DNA from: an uncultured Desulfovibrionaceae bacterium
GTDB taxonomy: Bacteria; Desulfobacterota; Desulfovibrionia; Desulfovibrionales; Desulfovibrionaceae
Assembly: GCA_964370675.1 (NCBI GenBank)
Contig: CAYJKC010000007.1
Location: forward strand, 959 to 64,958
Direction: 5' to 3'
Length of the DNA stretch: 64,000 bases
The notes under the pieces are model-generated. The model made no database searches. It worked only from the letters and a program-made list of their open reading frames with translations, and was not told where the DNA came from. Made by a program: the position numbers and the translations under genes. This document shows positions 56,892 through 64,000 of this stretch, piece after piece (positions within the stretch are counted from its first letter, which is position 1; each line of letters starts with the position of its first letter).

Positions 56892-58337
56892 TTAAAACTG
56901 AAAATATATAAATTCAGGACTATAACCTGGTAAGACAAGGTAAATTAACGAAAGGGTTAAGAGAGCAATAATATAAAGCATAAATGATTTTTTGCCTATG
57001 TATTGCATAAGCTCTTGAGTATTTTTTTGGCTTATGCATAGTATGGTAAGTGCTATTAAAAGCACAGTATATTCAATTACACCACCACCAATACCAAATG
57101 AGTTTCGCCAAGTATTATAACACATTTTTGCAAACTCTTCTCTAATCCCAAAGCCATTCAAACCTGTAAGACCATCAATAAACAACTTAGCACGCTCAAA
57201 ATTAATGGTTCTAAGCAAAATACCCGATAAACCTACAAAAATGAATGTAATTACCCAAGCGCATATCTTAGGCATTTTAAGCCCATAAATTTGCGACCAA
57301 GCTCTGTTAATGACCAAAGCAATGCCGTGCAATGCACCCCAAAGCACATAGTTCCAGCCAGCACCATGCCATATGCCCCCAAGTAAAAATGGCACAAAGA
57401 TATTGCGCATGGTTTGCCAAGAGCTACCCTTATTACCACCCAAGGGGAAGTAAAGATAATCGCGTAGCCAGCGTGAGAGGGTCATATGCCACCTTCTCCA
57501 AAAGTCTTGAATACTTAATGCCTTAAATGGCGAATTGAAGTTTAGAGGTAGTTGAATATTGAAAAAAAGTGCACAGCCTATGGCCATATCGGCATAGCCT
57601 GAAAAGTCAAAATAAATTTGCATTAGATATGCAAGCCCACCAAACAGTGATTCTAAAAAGCTTAGTGAGTGGGCTTGATCAAAACTATAACCCACCAAGG
57701 GAGATAAGTTATCTGCAATTAAAACTTTTTTGGCAAGGCCAATACTTAAAAAACAAAGACCTGTATGAATGTTTTCCCAGCGTACAACTTGATTTTGTTT
57801 ATCTGCAAATTGAGGCATCATTTCAGCATGATGTACAATGGGACCAGCTATTAATTGTGGGAAAAAACACACAAAGGTAGCATATTCAACAAATCCGCCG
57901 GCATGATCAATATGCTTTTTAGTAAAAATATCTGTAAGATATGCAATTTGTTGGAAAGTATAGAAGCTAATGCCTATGGGCAAAATTATATGTGTTAAGG
58001 GGATTTGAGTGCTAAATGCTTCATTTAAATTGGTAATAAAAAAGTCAGTGTATTTGAAATAAGCCAAAAGCATTAAGTTCATGCTCACGCCAAGAATAAA
58101 TATTTGTTTGCGGCGTGGCTCATAATTATTCATGGACTGACCTAGACCATAGTTAGCTCCAATGGAAAATATAATCAGTAATAAATATACAGGGTTCCAA
58201 TAAGCATAAAAGAACAATGACGCCACTAACAAAAATGGAATAACGAGTTTACCATAATTATAGCGTAATAAAAGATAGTAAATGACTATGGTAATAGGTA
58301 AAAATAAAAGGAGAAAAGGTAATGAGCTAAAAACCAT
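56892..58337 (-). CDS. MBOAT-family membrane O-acyltransferase, copy 2, with a C-terminal FIYFQF motif
   Basis: Collinear with copy 1 and has the same catalytic blocks. Ends ...LPGYSPEFIYFQF*. Start taken at MVFSSLPFLLLFLP (58337), matching copy 1. Confidence 0.9.
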   Translation of the reverse strand: MVFSSLPFLLLFLPITIVIYYLLLRYNYGKLVIPFLLVASLFFYAYWNPVYLLLIIFSIGANYGLGQSMNNYEPRRKQIFILGVSMNLMLLAYFKYTDFFITNLNEAFSTQIPLTHIILPIGISFYTFQQIAYLTDIFTKKHIDHAGGFVEYATFVCFFPQLIAGPIVHHAEMMPQFADKQNQVVRWENIHTGLCFLSIGLAKKVLIADNLSPLVGYSFDQAHSLSFLESLFGGLAYLMQIYFDFSGYADMAIGCALFFNIQLPLNFNSPFKALSIQDFWRRWHMTLSRWLRDYLYFPLGGNKGSSWQTMRNIFVPFLLGGIWHGAGWNYVLWGALHGIALVINRAWSQIYGLKMPKICAWVITFIFVGLSGILLRTINFERAKLFIDGLTGLNGFGIREEFAKMCYNTWRNSFGIGGGVIEYTVLLIALTILCISQKNTQELMQYIGKKSFMLYIIALLTLSLIYLVLPGYSPEFIYFQF

Positions 58338-58497
58338 AGAAAAAAAACCTATACACAAAAATTAAGTTTGCTTCATGAAAAATATGAGAAATGTTCAACA
58401 GCGTAGGCGTCTAACATTTTTATGGTGCAAAGTAAACCAATGAAAATGGTACGTGATTGTGATTTGGCTACTTTTGCCTATGATGTGATGAAAATGA

Positions 58498-60873
58498 CTA
58501 CTGTTTGACAACTTGTTCTAAATAAAGAGCTAAAACAGCAATGGCTCTATCACAGAGGGTAAACAGTGGAATTCCAGCATCCTTAATGGCTTTTCTTAAA
58601 GAATCAAATTGGCTTGAACCATCTACCACAATAATAAGTGGCTTTTCAGCTTCATGGGCTATTCTTAGCACATGATGATAAATTGACCCTTCACGAGTAA
58701 AATCAAAGTCAGTCGATTGGCTAGGATCTACGGTTAATGTTGTGGGTGCATGTGGTACAATACTTAATATGACCACATCGATATTAGGGTCATTAAGAGC
58801 AAGCTCAGTAATTTTTGCATGCACCTCATCATTGGAAGATGGGTTTATATCTAAGGGGTTTACCACTTGTACTAATTTTGAAAGATTGTGTTCATCAAAA
58901 ACCGCCTGCATTTTAGCCTTGGTTTGGTCTGAAAAGCTTGCAAGGGTGATATTATATTCATCAGATTGAATGGAGTCTGCCATACCAACCACTTCAAAAC
59001 CAGCAGAGCTTATGGCGGCAATACGCTTACCGCTAACGTTTTTTCCTGCTAAAGACTCTGTTAAAAGCACTAAATCTTGAAATTCGGTGAAAGTTCTTGC
59101 TACAATACCCCCAGCTTGGGTTATGGAAGACTCACAAACCATATAATCTCCGGCAAGAGAAGCGGTATGTCCGCTGGTGGCATCCTTGCCTTCTGGAGTG
59201 CGCCCTGCTTTATAAAACACCACATTCTTACCAGCTGCCACAGCTCTTTTTACTGACTTTGCAAAGGCAAGACCATCAAGCTCTTTAAATCCTTCGGCAT
59301 ATACAGCTATGGTATTAACTTTATCTGAAGTTTCAAAGTATTGCATCATATCACCCATGGTTAAATCGGTTTGATTGCCCATGGAGATTAAATAAGCCGG
59401 ATTCATTTCTGGCACTTGGTTAAAACGATTAAGCAAAAAGCCACCACTTTGGCTTATTAGAGCTAGGGAGCGAGGTTTTACTCCCTTATACGGTGCAACT
59501 GAAAGCATTTTTTCTGTGGGAATAAACCACGTGTCATATTGCCCATGTCGAGAAATAACCCCCATACAATTTGCTCCTAAAAACACAGGAGAATGCTCCT
59601 GCATATGTGCTTCTTGTATGGAGTCAACCATTTGCTTTGCAATGATTTTACTCTCTTCGGTTTCGCCAAGCCCGCCCGGAATTAACAAAACACCATTAGC
59701 TTTATTATATTTCAAAATATCATTAACAAAGTCTGGTACATATGATGCATCAATGGCAACAATAAGTAGATCAAAAACGCCGTCAAAGTTTTTAATATGC
59801 GGCACACATTTTATACCACTTTCATCTTCACCTTGCTTAATAATTACTACGTTTTCTTTGGGATATTGAGCCTCTAGTATATTTTCAAGAATAATACGCC
59901 CGAAATTACGTCTACTGGATGAAACACCTACAATACCAATGGTTTTAGGGTGTAATAATTTATGAACTTGCCCTAGTGGTCTTGGATGTGGCAGTGAAAT
60001 TTGCCTTGAAAACTTACATAAACCATCTAGCGGAACCATGAGATAATCAGTAAAGGCAAAAGGATTAATTTCAAATTCATCAATTATAAATTCTGATTCT
60101 TGATTAAGTGGTGAAAAATAATTACCAATTTGTATTATAGCCTGAAAGCATTCAATTAATTGTTCATCAGTAACAATACGCCTTTGACCACGCGTAAGAC
60201 CTGCAAGTTTTTTATAAGATATGGTATTTTTATAAATTTCAAAAAATTCTTCACCATTAAGGGTGGCTGTAGGTGCTGCCACTATGGCTTGCCCTTTTCT
60301 AAACCGCTCGGCATAAAGTTCAGTATCAGTACCACCAAGACCTGCTGAAATTACCATGCCAAATTCATTGGTACGTCGAAGACCCACAAAAAGTTCATTG
60401 CCAAAGCTTGATGAATCCGGTGGCATATATTGCACTTGCAAAATGCCCTGGATATGCTCCTTTATAGCATTTTTTAGCTCTGCACCGTGTAAGTTTTTAT
60501 ATACTTCAGGAGCATGACTTGGATTTTTTTCTATAATTGCTTGATAATTTTCTGGAACTTCCACATACATACGCCGCAAAGCAGAAAGTATATTTTCTGG
60601 ATTTTTAGGGACAATGCTAACCCCACCCACTTCTGTTTTATGCATAATAGTTGGTGAAACAATTTTTAGAACTGTCTTTTCACCAGGCAAGACCATTAAG
60701 CCTTCGGATAAAGGTTTTACATTTTTAGGTAAGAATAAATATCTTGGTGGGGTTTCAGAACCACTTATTATAATAAAATCATAAACTTCATGTTCAAATA
60801 AAATATTGCGCCCATCATTTTGTGCATTTTTAAAAAGCTCTGTAATACTAGCATAATTGATATTTAATTCCAT
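58498..60873 (-). CDS. ADP-forming acyl-CoA synthetase family protein (acetate--CoA ligase-like), with ATP-grasp domain first
   Basis: N-terminal ATP-grasp part (KIVSPTIMHKTEVGGV), then CoA-binding Rossmann (IGIVGVSSSRRNFG), ISQSGG and the phosphohistidine loop SGHTASLAG. Start taken at MELNINY (60873). Confidence 0.8.
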   Translation of the reverse strand: MELNINYASITELFKNAQNDGRNILFEHEVYDFIIISGSETPPRYLFLPKNVKPLSEGLMVLPGEKTVLKIVSPTIMHKTEVGGVSIVPKNPENILSALRRMYVEVPENYQAIIEKNPSHAPEVYKNLHGAELKNAIKEHIQGILQVQYMPPDSSSFGNELFVGLRRTNEFGMVISAGLGGTDTELYAERFRKGQAIVAAPTATLNGEEFFEIYKNTISYKKLAGLTRGQRRIVTDEQLIECFQAIIQIGNYFSPLNQESEFIIDEFEINPFAFTDYLMVPLDGLCKFSRQISLPHPRPLGQVHKLLHPKTIGIVGVSSSRRNFGRIILENILEAQYPKENVVIIKQGEDESGIKCVPHIKNFDGVFDLLIVAIDASYVPDFVNDILKYNKANGVLLIPGGLGETEESKIIAKQMVDSIQEAHMQEHSPVFLGANCMGVISRHGQYDTWFIPTEKMLSVAPYKGVKPRSLALISQSGGFLLNRFNQVPEMNPAYLISMGNQTDLTMGDMMQYFETSDKVNTIAVYAEGFKELDGLAFAKSVKRAVAAGKNVVFYKAGRTPEGKDATSGHTASLAGDYMVCESSITQAGGIVARTFTEFQDLVLLTESLAGKNVSGKRIAAISSAGFEVVGMADSIQSDEYNITLASFSDQTKAKMQAVFDEHNLSKLVQVVNPLDINPSSNDEVHAKITELALNDPNIDVVILSIVPHAPTTLTVDPSQSTDFDFTREGSIYHHVLRIAHEAEKPLIIVVDGSSQFDSLRKAIKDAGIPLFTLCDRAIAVLALYLEQVVKQ

Positions 60874-60968
60874 AATAGACCTTTTAGTGCAAAATCCAAA
60901 AACATTAGTTAAGCATTTAATCAAGTTAGACAAAATACATTAATAAGCAAGTTTGTCAAGCTAAGCAT

Positions 60969-61006
60969 AAAAACAAATTAGCCCCTTGTATTAAACAAAG
61001 GGCTAA
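60969..61006 (-). terminator. Rho-independent terminator of the 61061-63445 chemoreceptor gene
   Basis: 12-bp stem, ttagccccttgt with acaaagggctaa, one mismatch. A T-rich tract follows on the minus strand. Confidence 0.55.
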
Positions 61007-61060
61007 TATTAATAGTAAAACATATTTGACTTTAGGCTATATTACTATTTACGGCATATA

Positions 61061-63445
61061 TTATTTCTGCTGCATACTAGTAATTAATTCACTTAAGGCC
61101 TGACTTTGCGAAGTTAGCTCAGCAATAGCATTAAGTGATTCTTGCATAGTGGTAGCAGTTTGTGCGGCCAGTTGATTTACTTCAGTCAGTTGTGCATTTA
61201 CATTTTGACTGTGATCAGCTTGCTGTACACTTGATGCCGCAATATTTTGTGATTTGGTGGTAGTTTGCTCAACCATATTCATAATACTTTTAAATACAGT
61301 ACCGGTTTCATTTACCAATTGACTGGTTTTATGAACTTCCACAGCAGATTGATTAACCTGCTCAACGCTTACCCTAACACTGCTTTGGATGGCAGTAATG
61401 GCCTCTTGCACTTGAGTGGTTGAAGTCATAGTTTTTTCAGCAAGTTTGCGCACTTCATCTGCAACAACAGCAAATCCGCGTCCAGCTTCACCAGCTCTTG
61501 CGGCTTCAATGGCGGCATTTAATGCTAGCAAGTTGGTTTGATCAGCAATATCACCAATAGTAATAATAACTTCATTAATAGCATTGGCACTTTCGTTTAA
61601 TTTTTCCATGCCATCTTTAAGGCTTTCTGATTGTAGCTCCACAGCGCGAATACTTTCAACAGCCCTACCTACAACGTCAGAACCTGTTACAGCTTCATTT
61701 CTTGCTTGTTCAGACACCTCAGAAGCCTCTTGAGCCATGCTTGCCATAGTGCTTACATCATCATTCATATTATGCATGATATTGCTGGCAGTAGATGCTC
61801 GCTCTGCTTGCACTGCGGCTATTTCTTCAGAGTATTTTAATTGTGCACCTAATTCTTCAGAAGCACTTGCCACTTGTGAAGAAATTTGTGTCGCTTGCTC
61901 AGCCACATGTAAAATGGTTTGCTGTGTTGCCTTAAATGCGGTTACATCTGTAATTAGCTGTAAAACAGCATTAACTTCATGACTTTCTTGATCAATTAAT
62001 GGTATAGCATTATACAAAATATCAAGGTTGCCAGCTTGAGGATGAGCTACAGTTTCTCCACCTTGAGGCATCTTAGTAGCAAGAGCTTTTTGCAAACCAT
62101 CGTTAGGAGTTGAGTCATCTTCACGATTAAACAAGTCCTTACAAGATTTGTCACGGTAACAAGAACCAGCAAGTGCCACACCGGCTTTATTAACATATTT
62201 TGCTTTGAGTGAATTATCAAGCACCACAACTGGCGATGGAATATTATCAATAACAGCCACATAGTTTGTAATAATTGCATTGGTACCATTAATAAGGCTT
62301 GCAAAATCACCCTTAAAGTTTGCTGCATCAGACTCTGCTAACAAATCTCCACGTTTAATGACTAATTCTAAGCGACTATATTCATCAATAATACTACGCA
62401 AAACACGAGAAATATCTTGCAATGAGTCTGCAAGCATACCCATTTCATCCTTGCTGGTTTTTGTAATTTCTACATCAAGTTTGCCATTGGCAATGTCTTG
62501 AGCAAACTTTACTGCACCCATTAAGGATTTGCGTAAATTAAGCACGCATACACCTGTCACTAACACAATAATAAGGGTTACTAAAGCTGCAATACCAAAT
62601 ATTCTTTGCCCAAGAACCAAGCTTGAAGCATTAGCTTCATTCACATCAAGAGCTGCAATGGCAACCCAACCTGTGTCTTTTTGTTCATCAAAATATGCAA
62701 ATTTTTTCTCTCCATTAAGCTCAAAGTCAAGATTACCAGACTTATTTTGCATAATACCCTTTCCCCAAGGTGTATTATTGAGCTGTAATTTCAATACATC
62801 GGCAGTATTACTACTTAAAAATACAGAACCATTTCTATCTGCCACCATAAATGAACCTTTTTGCCCAAGAGGTATTCTCTTACTAAATGTATCATCTAGG
62901 TATGTTACATTGAATACAACGCCAATAATTTCCTTGGTTCCTGTTCTGAAAACAGGAGAAGAAACAGCATAAACCACTCTATCTTTAAATATAAATGGTG
63001 CACCAGCAGTAACATGCCCTTGCATAGCATTGGTAAACATATAGTCTTTTGAAAAGTCCTTACCAATTAAATCTGGTTCGGTATGCCTTAAAGTAATACC
63101 CTTGGTATCAACAATACCAAGCATGGCGTAGCTATAAGTTTTACGCATGTTTACAATACGATCAATAGCGCCTTGTGTATTAGCTTCAACTTCTTCTGGA
63201 GTACCTGCAAGATAGGGCTGTAATAAACCTGTTTGAGAAAGAGAAATAGCATTTAATACATTAAATTCATGAATTCCGCTAAGCTCAGAGATGGTGTTAT
63301 TAACCGCCATTACATTAAGCTCTTGTTGAGCCTTATTCATATTATCTGAACTCATGCTGTAGGTGATATAGGCTATAAATACCATACCCAACAAAATAAT
63401 ACTGCACATGGGCAAAAGAATTTTACCTGCTACTTTCATAAACAC
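61061..63445 (-). CDS. Methyl-accepting chemotaxis protein (double-Cache-like periplasmic domain, HAMP, PAS-like, MCP signalling domain)
   Basis: 794 aa. Two TM helices flank a ~260-aa periplasmic domain, followed by HAMP. Signalling hairpin [36 protein letters not shown]. Confidence 0.88.
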   Translation of the reverse strand: MFMKVAGKILLPMCSIILLGMVFIAYITYSMSSDNMNKAQQELNVMAVNNTISELSGIHEFNVLNAISLSQTGLLQPYLAGTPEEVEANTQGAIDRIVNMRKTYSYAMLGIVDTKGITLRHTEPDLIGKDFSKDYMFTNAMQGHVTAGAPFIFKDRVVYAVSSPVFRTGTKEIIGVVFNVTYLDDTFSKRIPLGQKGSFMVADRNGSVFLSSNTADVLKLQLNNTPWGKGIMQNKSGNLDFELNGEKKFAYFDEQKDTGWVAIAALDVNEANASSLVLGQRIFGIAALVTLIIVLVTGVCVLNLRKSLMGAVKFAQDIANGKLDVEITKTSKDEMGMLADSLQDISRVLRSIIDEYSRLELVIKRGDLLAESDAANFKGDFASLINGTNAIITNYVAVIDNIPSPVVVLDNSLKAKYVNKAGVALAGSCYRDKSCKDLFNREDDSTPNDGLQKALATKMPQGGETVAHPQAGNLDILYNAIPLIDQESHEVNAVLQLITDVTAFKATQQTILHVAEQATQISSQVASASEELGAQLKYSEEIAAVQAERASTASNIMHNMNDDVSTMASMAQEASEVSEQARNEAVTGSDVVGRAVESIRAVELQSESLKDGMEKLNESANAINEVIITIGDIADQTNLLALNAAIEAARAGEAGRGFAVVADEVRKLAEKTMTSTTQVQEAITAIQSSVRVSVEQVNQSAVEVHKTSQLVNETGTVFKSIMNMVEQTTTKSQNIAASSVQQADHSQNVNAQLTEVNQLAAQTATTMQESLNAIAELTSQSQALSELITSMQQK

Positions 63446-63678
63446 TCCTACTCTAAATTATTATTGTATACTATCGGGCATTTACTTCAAAACGTTAGGG
63501 CAGTGCCTATTACTTCTATTATTTTTTGTCAAGCATATATAATAGACCACAAAACTCCATAGGCATCTTTTTTATAGTATTTTATTTTAATTTATTATTT
63601 TTATTTAATAATATATGGACTTTTTTAAAAAACTAATTACTATATCTATCAGAAACAATTCCTATTAACACTTTAAAT

Positions 63679-64000
63679 ATGGAAAAATACATGCTTACTA
63701 AAATATCTGTGCAAGAAGCACATAAACGCTTTAATGAAGGCAAAGCTTGTTTAATTGACATACGTTCCGCGGCAGAGATTTCTGCAATATCTATTCAAGG
63801 GTCATACCTTGCTCCTTTGCCTGTAGTGGGACTGCAAAATTTTGCAGGACAAGATGGAAAAGATATTATATTTTTTTGCAGATCTGGCAATCGTACAGAA
63901 AATGCTGCAAAAAAACTTCAAGAGCTATTTCCCAATGCCTATATGCTAGATGGTGGTATTACCGCTTGGCAAAATGCTAATCTACCTTTAAACAAAGGAA
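63679..64000 (+). CDS. Single-domain rhodanese (sulfurtransferase), 3' end outside the window
   Basis: My own translation is MEKYMLTKISVQEAHKRF...IIFFCRSGNRTENAA...DGGITAW. It has the active-site loop CRSGNR, is not in the ORF track and is open to the window end. The start could be 63679 or 63691. Confidence 0.75.
   Translation, partial: MEKYMLTKISVQEAHKRFNEGKACLIDIRSAAEISAISIQGSYLAPLPVVGLQNFAGQDGKDIIFFCRSGNRTENAAKKLQELFPNAYMLDGGITAWQNANLPLNKG

Noticed and set aside
1-64000. I looked for CRISPR arrays, IS elements, transposases, integrases, toxin-antitoxin pairs, restriction-modification genes and other classical defence genes.
   Set aside because: I saw no regularly spaced repeat-spacer pattern and no ORF with the corresponding motifs (DDE, tyrosine or serine recombinase, nuclease/helicase combinations). 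The absence is based on inspection by eye only.

Overview
The window is mostly housekeeping chromosome from a moderately A+T-rich bacterium. Gene content and order suggest a Desulfovibrionaceae-type sulfate reducer: a four-subunit 2-oxoacid:ferredoxin oxidoreductase, a hemerythrin-tailed DcrH-like chemoreceptor, a short MetH, and rpoH-TPR-lipoprotein-rpiB-cysS and hslV-ispE-tRNAGln-prs-ctc-pth neighbourhoods. The taxon is an inference. I support about 55 protein genes, one tRNA-Gln(TTG), several rho-independent terminators and a few repeats. I saw no rRNA, CRISPR array, transposase, integrase or prophage gene. Two markedly A+T-rich accessory islands stand out. (1) At 52.8-60.9 kb there are two convergent, diverged copies of a two-gene cell-envelope acylation module. 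Each copy has an MBOAT ending in an FIYFQF tyrosine 'acyl-shuttle'-like motif and a membrane-anchored partner with a Ser...Asp-x-x-His layout. One copy lies directly downstream of a domain-permuted ADP-forming acyl-CoA synthetase. No Dlt, Alg or Pat accessory genes are present, so donor and acceptor are unknown. This is my best candidate for an undescribed system. (2) At 4.4-6.1 kb there is a translationally coupled pair of RimK-type ATP-grasp ligases with their own promoter and no recognisable substrate gene, next to ugd. A conserved ~70-nt hairpin element occurs twice, at 4.25 kb and 44.93 kb. Start codons were re-picked by eye where the longest-ORF track clearly over-extends. All percent identities and G+C values are hand estimates.
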